From contig CAWGRW010000009.1 of NCBI GenBank assembly GCA_963825135.1, positions 1,760,001 to 1,824,000 on the forward strand: a stretch of DNA of 64,000 bases, given 5' to 3'. A model generated the notes under the pieces. It did no database searches. It was not told the DNA's origin and worked only from the letters and a program-made list of their open reading frames with translations. Positions 1-11,869 of this stretch are shown one piece after another; positions within the stretch are counted from its first letter, which is position 1, and every line of letters starts with the position of its first letter. Both the position numbers and the translations under genes were made by a program. The stretch is from an uncultured bacterium. GTDB lineage: Bacteria > Desulfobacterota_D > UBA1144 > Nemesobacterales > UBA2774.

Positions 1-449
1 AAATACTTGTGGACGGCGGAGTCCTGGAGCCCGTACCCGTGAACGCACTCAGGCGTCTCGGCGCCGACGTCGTCGTTGCGGTCGATCTGCTGAGCAACCT
101 CTCCCCGATAAGCAGGGGCGCGAAGAATAGATCTATGTTCGCGGACTATATCCGCTCTCTGGCCGAGAAGTTCTACATGGAGGATTTGATCGGAGCGAAG
201 GACCAGGAAGGCGAGATCGATATGTCCCTCGTCGATATCATACAGAGGAGTTCCATAGTCGCTCAGAGGAGGCTTACGGAGTATAGCTTCAGGGACAACC
301 CCCCGGACATCGTCATCACCCCTCCGCTCTCGGATATCAGAGTCCTCGATTTCCATCGGGGCGAATTGATTGTCGAGGCCGGCAGGCAGGCCGCGGAAAG
401 GGTTATTCCCGAGCTGCGGGACATCCTCACGAGAACCTGTTCCCGATAA
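1..449 (+). CDS. Patatin-like phospholipase, C-terminal part (5' end outside window)
   Basis: LVDGG motif, then PVxxxRRLGADVVVAVDL and the RssA-like tail DIVITP..LDFHRG..IVEAGRQAA. Confidence 0.85.
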   Translation, partial: ILVDGGVLEPVPVNALRRLGADVVVAVDLLSNLSPISRGAKNRSMFADYIRSLAEKFYMEDLIGAKDQEGEIDMSLVDIIQRSSIVAQRRLTEYSFRDNPPDIVITPPLSDIRVLDFHRGELIVEAGRQAAERVIPELRDILTRTCSR

Positions 450-1875
450 ACTCTCTTGTTCCCCTCTTCCATTCGAGATAGAGAAGTATCCAGACAGGCG
501 CGAATTCGAGCCAGACGATTATATTTGCGAATGCTTCCGGCTCTCCCCGGGGCTCGAAATAATACCTCAGGTAGTAGAGCGGGAGCAGGGCGGTCAGCGT
601 GATGAGCGAGAATCTCGGCAGAAGGGCTAAAAAGGGGAGGAGCCACGTGTAATACCAGGGGAACTCGGTCGGACCGACGAGAAAAACGAACGCGATTATA
701 AAGAGGCTTTTTTTGAAGAAGTCGCTTTCGGCGGGCTTCCTGTACGACATATACGCTATCCACAAAATTGTGAGAGAGGCCGCGATCACACGCGCCATAG
801 CGTATTTACGGTACGTATGGAATCCCAGGGTGCCGAGAGAGTAATCCGAGATTAAAATTAATATCCGGAAGATCGAATCGTTGTTCTCCCAGCTCCTCCC
901 GTAAGCGATCACGCCTGAGGACTGGTCGGGCCCGGATAGATATAGCGGCAGGAAGAGGGCGCAGAGGATAAGTAGTAACAGAATGACCGCCCTCAGCATC
1001 CTCCACGGGCTGGATAGGATTGGGCGCAGGACTAGCGGTATCAGGAATGCGGGCCAGAGCTTCAGGCCTACGCCCGCCGCGAGGCTCATGAGAGAACCCG
1101 TGTATTTAGCCCTCAACGCGAGCATCACCCCGCCTAATGCGAAAGGTAGGACTAGCACATCCAGGTGACCCGAGTTGTATATCTCCTTAACGAGCAGCGG
1201 GTTCCACCAGTAGATGATTGCGTAGACGAGGGGCAGCCGCATGTAGTTGAGCGAATACAGGATGAGAGCGAGTGTCGCAATGTCGAATAGCAGCAGTATC
1301 GCTCTCCACGGTAAGAGACTCCAGGGCTTTATGATGTACGAGAGCGCAAAGAACGCCTGAGTGACCGGAGGGTATATGGTGCGTATGTGAGGGTGATTGA
1401 TGCGGTGTATTATATCGCCTGATTTCCCCGCGAGACTGCTCAGCCCTTCGGGGACGTCCCGGTTCTGAATAACCCGTTCCGGCGAATATTTATAGGGGTT
1501 TATACCGTTCGCCGTCACGGCCCCGTCCCAGAGGTATCTGAAATAATCGTCTTCGAGCATCGGGGTCGAGAAAAACATCACAAGCCTGAACGCAAGGCCG
1601 ATAAACAAGATAAACCCCAGCATCGTACCGGCGTTAACCGAATTGAGTGTTTTGGCGACTGTAAATATATAAAGAGCGCCTGAGATGGCGAGTATCAGGA
1701 CAAGCAGGAGCACTGGTCTGTCTTTGAGCGGAATTTCCGGTGAGAAATAATCCGAGAGGAAGGACAGTATGAGGAAGAGACAAGTAAGCGTGAGACCGCT
1801 CCATACGATGAGCCTCTTCGTAGTTAACGTACGCTCGCGCTTCCTCTCCTGATCCGCTCCGAAGAGCATGTTCAT
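427..1875 (-). CDS. GT-C fold integral membrane glycosyltransferase (GT87-like)
   Basis: Multi-TM protein with EDDYFRYLWDG..G.NPY, TIYPP, WWNPL..E...SGH.D and FPWYYTW motifs. Confidence 0.75.
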   Translation of the reverse strand: MNMLFGADQERKRERTLTTKRLIVWSGLTLTCLFLILSFLSDYFSPEIPLKDRPVLLLVLILAISGALYIFTVAKTLNSVNAGTMLGFILFIGLAFRLVMFFSTPMLEDDYFRYLWDGAVTANGINPYKYSPERVIQNRDVPEGLSSLAGKSGDIIHRINHPHIRTIYPPVTQAFFALSYIIKPWSLLPWRAILLLFDIATLALILYSLNYMRLPLVYAIIYWWNPLLVKEIYNSGHLDVLVLPFALGGVMLALRAKYTGSLMSLAAGVGLKLWPAFLIPLVLRPILSSPWRMLRAVILLLLILCALFLPLYLSGPDQSSGVIAYGRSWENNDSIFRILILISDYSLGTLGFHTYRKYAMARVIAASLTILWIAYMSYRKPAESDFFKKSLFIIAFVFLVGPTEFPWYYTWLLPFLALLPRFSLITLTALLPLYYLRYYFEPRGEPEAFANIIVWLEFAPVWILLYLEWKRGTREFIGNRFS

Positions 1876-1992
1876 AGCGACACCCCGGTGTATACGGCTC
1901 CCGGTATCAATATACGCTCTTGCCGCGGCGCGCGGAAGGTGTTATCTGATTGTGGTTGGAATAGAATCAGACGGAGGTTGTCGGATGCGACC

Positions 1993-2943
1993 TTACGCGT
2001 GTCCTTCGAGAAACCTCTCGGCGTCTATAGCCGCCATACACCCCGACCCCGCCGCAGTGATGGCCTGCCTGTATTTGCTGTCCTTCACGTCGCCCGCGGC
2101 GAATACCCCGAGGATGCTTGTCTCGGTGCTCCCGTTTTTCGTGATAAGGTATCCGAGCGCGTCCATCTCGAGCGTTCCCTTGAAGAGCTTCGTGTTCGGG
2201 TTGTGGCCTATGGCGATGAATACACCCCGGACCGCCCTTTCCGAGACCTCGCCCGTCTTCGTGTCCCTGAGCCTCACACCTCTGACGCCACCCTCCTGGT
2301 CCCCCAGTATCTCCTCCACTTCCGCGTTCCAGATGAAATCGACCTTAGGGTTTTTCATCGCCCTGTCCTGGAGTATCTTTGAAGCGCGGAGCTCGCCTCT
2401 CCTGTGGACGATGCTCACCCTGGATGCGAACTTCGTGAGGAACGTGGCTTCTTCGAGCGCACTGTCCCCGCCCCCCACTACTATCAGATCCCTGTCCTTG
2501 TGGAAAAAACCGTCGCATGTGGCGCAGGTCGATACTCCCCGCCCCAGTAATAGTCTTTCCGATTCTATACCCAGCATCTTGGCGGAAGCCCCTGAAGCGA
2601 TGATGAATGAATCGGCTTCGATGACCGTATCTCCGGCGGTGATTTTAAAGGGCCTCTTCGAGAAATCGACAGCGGTTACGGATTTCATCACGCACTTCGC
2701 ACCGAACCTCTCCGCCTGCTCCCTCATCGAGTCCATTAGCTCGGGCCCTCGTATCCCTTGAGGGAATCCGGGGAAATTTTCTACATCGGTCGTCAGAGTC
2801 AGCTGGCCGCCTGCCTCCATCCCCTCGAAAACCACCGGCTCGAGATTAGCCCTGGCCGTATATAGAGCCGCGGTTAACCCTGCCGGCCCCGAACCCATAA
2901 TGACGACCTTGTGTCTTTGTCTTAAATCCTTTATATCGGTCAT
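1993..2943 (-). CDS. trxB: Thioredoxin-disulfide reductase
   Basis: GSGPAGLTAA, CATCDG redox motif, GGGDSALEEA, FAAGDV..YRQAITAAG; ATG at 2943 has a GGAG RBS. Confidence 0.96.
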   Translation of the reverse strand: MTDIKDLRQRHKVVIMGSGPAGLTAALYTARANLEPVVFEGMEAGGQLTLTTDVENFPGFPQGIRGPELMDSMREQAERFGAKCVMKSVTAVDFSKRPFKITAGDTVIEADSFIIASGASAKMLGIESERLLLGRGVSTCATCDGFFHKDRDLIVVGGGDSALEEATFLTKFASRVSIVHRRGELRASKILQDRAMKNPKVDFIWNAEVEEILGDQEGGVRGVRLRDTKTGEVSERAVRGVFIAIGHNPNTKLFKGTLEMDALGYLITKNGSTETSILGVFAAGDVKDSKYRQAITAAGSGCMAAIDAERFLEGHA

Positions 2944-3185
2944 TTCCGCTCCTGAAGCATGCGTTTTCCGCAAGCTCCGCTTTATACTACATACGGGAAG
3001 GGGTTTTTCAAGTTACCCCCGCCCCGCAAAATAGTGTCTAATTTTAGATAACCGGGGGTGCGGGAAAGATTCAAACCGGGATTTCGCCGCAGGGTCCGCC
3101 GCGTCTGGTAGAATAATGATATCGAGCGCTAATTCACGGGAATTCCGAGAGAACGTATGGGCGTCAAATAACTGCCTCTAATCGT

Positions 3186-4298
3186 ATGAGTATTAAGAAA
3201 CTGCCCCTACATATTGTACATGAGTCGCTGGGCGCGGTCTTTCGCGTTTCAGGAGACTGTCTCGTCCCCGAGAGATACGGCGATATACGGGCCGAATACG
3301 AGGCCGTGAGGAACGGGGTCGGCTTGGCGGACTTGTCTGACCGCGGGAAGCTCCGTCTCGGCGGTAAGGAGCATCTGAAATTCCTTCAGGGCATGCTCAC
3401 GAATGACGTTATGAAGCTCGATGGGGGGAAAGGGATGTACGCCGCGATTCTCACTGTAAAGGGCAGGATGGTCTCGGATATGCGGGTCTACCGTGAAAAG
3501 GATTCGGTGTTTTTGGATCTGGAGCCGGGGTTGAATACTAAAGTCGGAGAGCTCCTTAAGAAGTTCAGGCTCTCTTACAAGGCGGACATAGACGATCTGA
3601 CGGAAAGCACGGGACTGGTTTCCGTTCACGGCCCCAGCGCGGCCGATTTGTTGGGAGAAGTTATCGGCGAGAAGAATTTGCCGGTGAACGAATTCGATCA
3701 CGTGAGGGGGTCTGTCCACGGCCGCGAGGTGACTGTCGTTAAAGTGAACCGGACAGGCGAAGAGGGTTATGATATTTACGCCGCCAATGAAGGTCTCTCT
3801 GATCTTTGGGGATTATTGACGGAGAAGGGGAAAGGGTTAGGGATAATACCTGTGGGCAGAGACGCGCTTGAAATACTCAGAATAGAGGCCGGCATTCCGG
3901 TCTACGGGATTGACATGGACGAAGAGACAATTCCTATCGAAGCGGGCATCTGGAGCGCGCTCAATTTCGAGAAGGGGTGTTACGTCGGTCAGGAGGTCGT
4001 AGCAAGAATCAAATGGAGGGGTCATGTGAATTGGCATCTTCTTGGATTCATTTCGGATGGGGACAGGGCTCCGGAAAGGGGTTCGGAGGTGTACATGGAG
4101 GAAAAGAAGATCGGACGCATTACTAGCGGAGGGCTTTCCCCCTCTCTCGGAAAACCCATTGCCCTCGGCTACATAAGAAGGGAATTTAAAGAGCCGGGCA
4201 CCCGGGTTGAGATCAGATCCCAGGACGGGTCTATCGAGCATGCCGAAGTCGCCGCCCTCCCGTTCCTGGGCGGTCAAACCGTTCAAAAAACGGAATAA
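3186..4298 (+). CDS. ygfZ: YgfZ/GcvT-family folate-binding protein (Fe-S maturation type)
   Basis: GcvT fold with the YgfZ signature KGCYVGQEVVAR. Confidence 0.85.
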   Translation: MSIKKLPLHIVHESLGAVFRVSGDCLVPERYGDIRAEYEAVRNGVGLADLSDRGKLRLGGKEHLKFLQGMLTNDVMKLDGGKGMYAAILTVKGRMVSDMRVYREKDSVFLDLEPGLNTKVGELLKKFRLSYKADIDDLTESTGLVSVHGPSAADLLGEVIGEKNLPVNEFDHVRGSVHGREVTVVKVNRTGEEGYDIYAANEGLSDLWGLLTEKGKGLGIIPVGRDALEILRIEAGIPVYGIDMDEETIPIEAGIWSALNFEKGCYVGQEVVARIKWRGHVNWHLLGFISDGDRAPERGSEVYMEEKKIGRITSGGLSPSLGKPIALGYIRREFKEPGTRVEIRSQDGSIEHAEVAALPFLGGQTVQKTE

Positions 4299-4446
4299 TC
4301 GCGTTTGGTTAAAAATTACTGCCCGTAATCCTTGATTTTATTTCCCCCTCAATTATAGTATCAGTAGGGTGTATTCTCTCGGGCCAAAAGCCAGTTAAGA
4401 AACAGGGTTGGGTATCTTTTATAAATCACTAATAACATTTTATTAA

Positions 4447-5526
<1,080 letters not shown>

Positions 5527-5579
5527 AGATCGGACGCAGCTTCTGTGTACTATGGGTCTTTTGCTGATATGATATAAAG

Positions 5580-6407
5580 ATGGGTTTCTTCAAGCGCCGC
5601 ACCATACTAATCATCCTGGTTCTCTTCTTTATAGCGATACAGCTCTTTTCTCTCGATCTCAGGGAGAGGAACAGTCAGAACCCGGTATCCAAATTCGTCC
5701 TGACCCTGACTTATTATCCCCAAAAATTCGTATCTTCCATTACCGGTAAAATCGTTGGTACCTGGCGGGATTATGTCGACCTCCTGCATGTGAACGAAGA
5801 GAACAGGAGGCTCCGGGAGGAGCTCAACACCCTCAGGCAGGAGAAGTTCGAGTTAGCGGAAATCAAGGAGCAGAACACGAGACTGAAAAAGCTTCTCGAT
5901 TTTAAGGATGTGGCTCTATACCCCGTCGTGTCGGCGAACGTTATAGGCGCGAGCCCATCGATGCTCCGCTCTCAGGTCGTAATAGTCGATAGGGGAACCG
6001 CCGACGGAATAACGGAAGGGATGCCCGTCGCCTCTTACGACGGTATAGTCGGTAGGATATTGCTCGCGGGCGATAAAAGCTCCGAAGTGCTCCTGATAAC
6101 CGATCCGGTGAGCGCAGTAGACGCATATATCCACAGGACCCGGGCGAGGGGCATTGTGAAAGGCGTGGGAAACGGCTGTGTTATGGAATATATCGAAAAC
6201 AAATCCGATGTCAGCATCGGAGACAAGGTGATCTCGTCCGGAAAGGACGGTTTTTTCCCCAAGGGGGTCATAATCGGAACCGTCACCGATATAAGCCCTG
6301 ACGGGAGTTTTATTAGCGCGGGTGTTTCCCCTCACGTCGATCTTAATTCCCTCGAAGAGGTCGTAATAATGCAAAAGTCCGTAAATAACGTGGTCCTGAA
6401 TGAATAA
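5580..6407 (+). CDS. mreC: Rod shape-determining protein MreC
   Basis: N-terminal TM, coiled coil, DRG..DGI..GMPV and SG.DG.FPKG motifs; follows mreB. Confidence 0.95.
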   Translation: MGFFKRRTILIILVLFFIAIQLFSLDLRERNSQNPVSKFVLTLTYYPQKFVSSITGKIVGTWRDYVDLLHVNEENRRLREELNTLRQEKFELAEIKEQNTRLKKLLDFKDVALYPVVSANVIGASPSMLRSQVVIVDRGTADGITEGMPVASYDGIVGRILLAGDKSSEVLLITDPVSAVDAYIHRTRARGIVKGVGNGCVMEYIENKSDVSIGDKVISSGKDGFFPKGVIIGTVTDISPDGSFISAGVSPHVDLNSLEEVVIMQKSVNNVVLNE

Positions 6408-6891
6408 GACACTTACCTTTGTATCCCTGATTGTCGTCTCGATCGTGTTGATAACGGTCCAGTCCACGCTGCTCTCGCCGAGGAAAGTCGGTTACCTGTT
6501 TCCGGACCTGAATTTAATCTTTATAGTCTTTCTGGCCGTTTATTCTGAAACGAGAGGGAGTTTCCTCCTGGCTGCGGGAAACGGGTATATGATGGACGTC
6601 CTGTCGGGGAATCTCCCAGGCACCTTCACTATCTCCCGCCTGAGCGCGTATCTCCTGGTCCGCACGAGCTCCAACCATGTGTATCTGAAGAAAGTCCTTG
6701 TCCAGGGACTCGCAATATTTCTAACGACTATTTTTACGTGGACATTTATTTTAACTATAATTAAGATAAAGAGTGAAGCGGGTTTTCAGCTTTCTTTCAG
6801 TGAAATAATTTTACAGGGCGCGGTAAATTCAGTCGTTGGCGTGGCGCTTTTCTGGGCCGTTGGCAGGATGCATGCAAGATTTCAGAAATAG
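6400..6891 (+). CDS. mreD: Rod shape-determining protein MreD
   Basis: Hydrophobic 163 aa with PDL.LI and G...D..SG..G; lies between mreC and mrdA. Confidence 0.85.
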   Translation: MNKTLTFVSLIVVSIVLITVQSTLLSPRKVGYLFPDLNLIFIVFLAVYSETRGSFLLAAGNGYMMDVLSGNLPGTFTISRLSAYLLVRTSSNHVYLKKVLVQGLAIFLTTIFTWTFILTIIKIKSEAGFQLSFSEIILQGAVNSVVGVALFWAVGRMHARFQK

Positions 6892-8680
6892 ACTCGTAAT
6901 CGCAACCATAATTCTCGGCGTTGCGTTCCTGGTCCTGGTTTCGAGACTCTGGTTCCTCCAGGTCTTGAAAGGGGACGAGTTCGAGATATTTTCACGGGAT
7001 AACAGAATAAGGATAGAAAGGGTTCCGGCTTCAAGGGGGAGGATACTCGACAGGTTCGGCCGGGAATTGGTCGTAAACAGGCCTTCCTTCGATATTTATG
7101 TGCTGCCCAAGGATGTCGAAGATTTTTCTTCACTCAGTGCGAATCTGTCGGGCGTACTTCACGAAGACACGAAGAAGCTCGAACAGAAAATTATCGAGGC
7201 TTCCAAGAAGAGCCGTTTTAAACCCGTTCTTGTCGCGCAGGACATAAACCGGGATCAGCTTGCGTACATCGAAGCACGGAGGAGTTCCCTGCCCGGACTC
7301 ATCATTGAGGTCAACAATCTGCGGCAATACCCTCACGGCATGCTTGGCGCGTCGTTCCTCGGTTATATAGGGAAAGTGAACGAATCGGAGCTCCAGGACA
7401 ATCCTAAACTCAGCAGTAACGGTCTGGTAGGTAAAACCGGTGTGGAAAAAACCTGGGAGCAATCGCTTCGCGGGGAAGACGGCTTCATACAAAAAGTCAC
7501 GGACGCGCTTGGAAGGGAGGTAACTTCAAACCTCTTTCAGAAAGACCTGATTAATAAAAACAGCGTTCCCGGTAACGACGTCGTTATGTCGATAGATATG
7601 GATCTTCAGAAAGCGGCGGAGGACGCCCTCGGCGAAGAGTTCGGGGCGATTATCGCGGTCGACGTAAGGAACGGCGAGGTGATCGCGCTCGCCAGCAAGC
7701 CTTCGTTCGATCCCGCCGATTTCGTGAAGGGGATCGACGCGAAGACCTGGTCGGCGCTTATAAAAGACAAGAACTTCCCCCTTATCAGCCGGGCGACGCA
7801 GGGATTATACGCGCCGGGTTCTGTTTTTAAAATGGTACCGAGCGCGGCGGCCATGAACGAGGGACTTATCGATCCTGATGCGCTGGTGTATTGTCCCGGT
7901 TATTACAGAGTCGGCTCTCATGTCTACAAGTGCTGGAAAAAAGGAGGGCACGGATGGATGAACATGAGGGAGGCGATAGTCCAGTCCTGCGATGTTTATT
8001 TCTACACCCTGGCGGACAAGCTGGGAATAGACCGGATATCTAAGTACATGAATTTCTTCGGGTTCGGATCCCCTACCGGCATCGGAATCGAGGAGCGGGC
8101 AGGGGTAGCGCCGAGCAGGGAATGGAAGCTCGAGAAATTCAAGAAGCCCTGGTATAAGGGAGAGACCATCGTTTCCGCGATAGGTCAGGGCTACGTGAGC
8201 GTAACGCCGCTGCAGGTCGCCATGATGACGACTGCCATAGCGAACGGCGGTACGCTGTATACCCCGAAGCTCGTCATCAAGGAAGTGGCTTTCAGCGGGG
8301 CAACGAAGATGAATAACATCCCTCCCAAGGGCACCCTGCCTGTCAGGAGAGAGGTTCTGGCGATCATCCGGGACGCCATGAAAGGTGTCGTTAACGACCC
8401 GGGCGGCACGGGTCACGGGGCCAGGATCGAGAACATAACGGTAGCCGGGAAGACGGGGACGGCCCAGGTGGTATCGCTCGATTCTCAAAGCGCCGACAAA
8501 GCTCACAAGGACCATGCCTGGTTCACGTCCTTTACGCCGGCCGAGGAACCCGAAATCGCCGTTACCGTTTTAATCGAGCACGGAGGGAAAGGCGGAGCCG
8601 TAGCTGCTCCGATAGCGAAAAAGATTATAGAAACATATTTCCATTTGAAGAAAGAGAGAAAAGCAAATGATAATGTTTGA
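6872..8680 (+). CDS. mrdA: Penicillin-binding protein 2
   Basis: RGRILDR, PGSVFK (SxxK), SCDVYFY, AGKTGTAQ. Confidence 0.96.
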   Translation: MQDFRNRLVIATIILGVAFLVLVSRLWFLQVLKGDEFEIFSRDNRIRIERVPASRGRILDRFGRELVVNRPSFDIYVLPKDVEDFSSLSANLSGVLHEDTKKLEQKIIEASKKSRFKPVLVAQDINRDQLAYIEARRSSLPGLIIEVNNLRQYPHGMLGASFLGYIGKVNESELQDNPKLSSNGLVGKTGVEKTWEQSLRGEDGFIQKVTDALGREVTSNLFQKDLINKNSVPGNDVVMSIDMDLQKAAEDALGEEFGAIIAVDVRNGEVIALASKPSFDPADFVKGIDAKTWSALIKDKNFPLISRATQGLYAPGSVFKMVPSAAAMNEGLIDPDALVYCPGYYRVGSHVYKCWKKGGHGWMNMREAIVQSCDVYFYTLADKLGIDRISKYMNFFGFGSPTGIGIEERAGVAPSREWKLEKFKKPWYKGETIVSAIGQGYVSVTPLQVAMMTTAIANGGTLYTPKLVIKEVAFSGATKMNNIPPKGTLPVRREVLAIIRDAMKGVVNDPGGTGHGARIENITVAGKTGTAQVVSLDSQSADKAHKDHAWFTSFTPAEEPEIAVTVLIEHGGKGGAVAAPIAKKIIETYFHLKKERKANDNV

Positions 8681-9791
8681 TAGAAGACTGCTCCAGAGTT
8701 TCGGGTGGTCTCTATTCCTGATGACCCTTGCCTTCTCCGCGCTATCGCTCATGAACCTCTACAGCGCTTCGTATCAGACGGGTCTCGGCTATTTTAAAAA
8801 GCAGGCGGTATGGGTGTGCATAGGCATCCTCGCGATGCTTGTCGTCTCATTCATCAACAATAAGCTTATAAAGCAGTACGCCCTATATATTTACGGGTTC
8901 TCACTGCTCCTTCTCCTGTTCGTGCTCGTATTCGGCAAGGAAGTTTCCGGGTCGAAGAGCTGGATCTCTTTAAGCTCCTTCGCCACGATACAGCCTTCGG
9001 AGCTCGCGAAAATACCGATTATCCTCGCCATAGCCAGATTCTACGACAACGATTACGAAGGGGTGCCTTACGGCTTGCTTGACCTCATAAAGCCTGTTTT
9101 GCTGACCGCGTTACCTCTTTCCCTCGTTATGCTTCAGCCCGATCTCGGCACGGCCCTTACCATTATACTTATTTCGGGCAGCATGATTCTCTTCATGGGT
9201 GTCGAGAAGAAGCTGATCCTGCTTGTGCTGGCGGTGGTCATAGGGTTTTCTTATCCGGCCTGGCATTTCTTTCTCAAGCCCTACCAGAAAGAAAGGATAA
9301 AGACCTTTTTAGAGCCTTCAAAAGACCCCCTCGATTCCGGTTACAATGCCATCCAGTCTCAGATCGCGGTAGGCTCCGGCAGGTTCACCGGAAAAGGGTT
9401 CATGTCGGGCTCCCAGACGCAGCTCAGGTTTATCCCGGCTCAACAGACCGACTTCGCTTTTTCAGTGCTTGCGGAGGAGTGGGGCTTCCTCGGCGGGTTC
9501 ATGGCTCTTCTGCTATATTTTATGATGATCCTCTGGATTCTCGACACGGCGAGCAGGGCGAAAGACAAGTTCTCGGTGCTTGTATGTTTCGGCATCGCGG
9601 CCATGTACTTCTGGCACATCGTCGTGAATGTCGGAATGGTCGTGGGGCTTCTACCGATTACGGGCGTGCCGCTGATGCTCTTGAGTTACGGCGGGTCCTC
9701 GACCCTTACTGCGCTGATCGGAATAGGCATAGTCCTAGGCATCAGAATGAGGAAATTCCCCATGCAGGGTACGGCGGTCGAGCTCAGGTGA
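8667..9791 (+). CDS. rodA: Rod shape-determining protein RodA (SEDS)
   Basis: IQPSE.AK, QPDLGT, QSQIAVGSG, TDFAFSVLAEEWG, SYGGSS. Confidence 0.96.
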   Translation: MIMFDRRLLQSFGWSLFLMTLAFSALSLMNLYSASYQTGLGYFKKQAVWVCIGILAMLVVSFINNKLIKQYALYIYGFSLLLLLFVLVFGKEVSGSKSWISLSSFATIQPSELAKIPIILAIARFYDNDYEGVPYGLLDLIKPVLLTALPLSLVMLQPDLGTALTIILISGSMILFMGVEKKLILLVLAVVIGFSYPAWHFFLKPYQKERIKTFLEPSKDPLDSGYNAIQSQIAVGSGRFTGKGFMSGSQTQLRFIPAQQTDFAFSVLAEEWGFLGGFMALLLYFMMILWILDTASRAKDKFSVLVCFGIAAMYFWHIVVNVGMVVGLLPITGVPLMLLSYGGSSTLTALIGIGIVLGIRMRKFPMQGTAVELR

Positions 9792-10767
9792 TCTCATCGG
9801 CCCTTAAATCCCGCATGCTCGGTATCCCTCCCATGCTCTTGGACCGATGAAGGGCGCGGAGTATGGCGTTTGCGGTAAGCTCGGCCGCTATAACGCCCGC
9901 CAGGTTTGCGTCCCCCTCCGAATCCCCGCACGATACGGCGATCACGACATCCCCGTCGGCTATCGTATGCACGGGCGATATTACCCTTGCAAGCCCGGTC
10001 TGGGCGATACTGGCAATCCTGCCCAGCTCGGATTTTGAGAATCGGGCGTTGGTCGCCACGACCGCGAGAGTGGTGTTCCGGGATTTATCCTCTTTGAATG
10101 TGACTCCTTTCTTGAACAGGTTGACAGTACCCGCGAATTTACTTCCGTGCGGGGTCGTCCTTACGCCCGCGATGATTTCCCCGTTTTCAGGAGATATGAT
10201 ATCTCCGAACGCGTTGACAACGACCAGCACTGCTACGATTATGCCGTTTTCGAATTTGTAGCCCGATGTACCCACGCCCCCCTTTGTCGCGTGATCGAGT
10301 CCCAGGAGCTTACCGACGGTAGCGCCGGTCCCGGCTCCGATACTGCCCTCCTTGACCCCGGAGGAACCGGCGTTGAGACAGGCTTCGTACCCCATGCGGG
10401 CATCCGGCCTTACCCCCCCGTTGCCTATCCCAAGGTCGAATATTACCGCAGTGGGCACCGACGGGACAACCATCCCGTACCCGACGCTTAGCCCTGTGTT
10501 TCTTTCCTCGAGGAATTTCATCACGCCGCTTGAGGCATCGAGACCGTACGCGCTCCCCCCGGTGAGAAGGACCGCATGGATTTTGCCGAACGTATTATGG
10601 GAGAGGAGGGAGTCGATCTGCCTCGTGCTCGTGCCGCCCCCCCTCAAATCTATGGCTCCCAGGGCGGGCTTATCGAATAAGATAACCGTACATCCTGTCA
10701 CCGCCTCGTAATCGGAGGCGTGGCCGACTCTTATGCCTTCAATATCCGTAATTGAGTTCATGATCAT
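9784..10767 (-). CDS. P1/S58 family peptidase (DmpA-like)
   Basis: SITDIEGIRVGH, TGCTV, LTGGSAYGL, GAGTGA, NTTLAVVATNA, HT..DGD. Confidence 0.9.
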   Translation of the reverse strand: MIMNSITDIEGIRVGHASDYEAVTGCTVILFDKPALGAIDLRGGGTSTRQIDSLLSHNTFGKIHAVLLTGGSAYGLDASSGVMKFLEERNTGLSVGYGMVVPSVPTAVIFDLGIGNGGVRPDARMGYEACLNAGSSGVKEGSIGAGTGATVGKLLGLDHATKGGVGTSGYKFENGIIVAVLVVVNAFGDIISPENGEIIAGVRTTPHGSKFAGTVNLFKKGVTFKEDKSRNTTLAVVATNARFSKSELGRIASIAQTGLARVISPVHTIADGDVVIAVSCGDSEGDANLAGVIAAELTANAILRALHRSKSMGGIPSMRDLRADEIT

Positions 10768-10829
10768 TATTCTAAAATCAATATTATTTATTACAAAGTT
10801 TGCTCATGCGAGACACCCCTGTCTTTAAC

Positions 10830-10857
10830 TTGACAGGATACGATAATCAGATAAAAT
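10830..10857 (+). promoter_or_regulatory. Candidate sigma70 promoter of the cox operon
   Basis: TTGACA-N16-TAAAAT in the AT-rich intergenic region upstream of the SCO gene. Confidence 0.45.
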
Positions 10858-11032
10858 CTTCCACGATTTAAGGTTATTAGGATTGAGGTTTTTGCGGGTT
10901 GATAACCTGATTTTAATTTCATTAAAATTTCCTGTATTCACCCCAAATTATGATTAATACATAATAGACGGAATAAACGGTGTTGCGTGATGGGTTTTCG
11001 AACCTGAAGTGATCGGAAGCAGGATTGAATAT

Positions 11033-11845
11033 ATGCATAACCCTAAATTGCTCGTAAGAATATCGGTTCTATTTATATTATTTTCCGCAAGTTATGTATA
11101 TGCCATAACCGATTCGAGGGACGTAAAGGACATAGGGATAGATGAAAAGGCGGGAGATGTAATCCCGGGCGATATTACCTTTCTGAATGAAGATAAGGAA
11201 ACGGTTGAATTAAAGGATTTTTTTACACGGGATAAGCCCGTGCTTTTGAACCTCGTTTATTTCGGGTGTCCCAGATTATGCAACTATGCGACGGCCGGGC
11301 TGGTTCAGGTAATAAACGAGCAGAACTCGCTCGAAATCGGGAAGGATTTTAAAATATTGACGGTAAGCTTCGATCCGAAGGACACGCCAGAACTCGCGGC
11401 AACCAAAGCCGCGAGATACCGCGAGTCGGTTAAGCATGGGAATTCCGGGAAAGAGAACTGGGTGTTCCTCACGTCTGATCCTGCAAATATCCGCAGGTTA
11501 ACCGAGGCCGTAGGGTTTAAATACAAGGTTGACGGCGATGAATTCGCACACGCTTCCGCTTTAATAGTCCTCACCCCGGAGGGGAAGATTTCGAGATACC
11601 TCCCCGGTATTCAATACGAGCCCATCGACTTCAGGATGTCCTTGTTAGAGGCGTCCAGGGGGAGAATCGGATCATCCGAAATGTTGAACAAAATGCTTCT
11701 TTTTTGTTATGAATTCGATCCGGTAGGTAAGAAATATGCGCTCAAGGCCCTAAAGGTCGTCAAAGCTGCCGGAGTCGTTACGCTATTGTCCCTCTGCGGG
11801 ATACTGACTTATTTCTGGAGAAAAGAGAGGAAGGAACCTGAATAG
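11033..11845 (+). CDS. SCO family copper chaperone (start uncertain, 11009 or 11033)
   Basis: CPRLC (CxxxC), conserved His in FAHAS, SFDP..TP; first gene of the cox operon. Confidence 0.92.
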   Translation: MHNPKLLVRISVLFILFSASYVYAITDSRDVKDIGIDEKAGDVIPGDITFLNEDKETVELKDFFTRDKPVLLNLVYFGCPRLCNYATAGLVQVINEQNSLEIGKDFKILTVSFDPKDTPELAATKAARYRESVKHGNSGKENWVFLTSDPANIRRLTEAVGFKYKVDGDEFAHASALIVLTPEGKISRYLPGIQYEPIDFRMSLLEASRGRIGSSEMLNKMLLFCYEFDPVGKKYALKALKVVKAAGVVTLLSLCGILTYFWRKERKEPE

Positions 11846-11869
11846 GAGAATGGAGGTTTAAACAGACAT

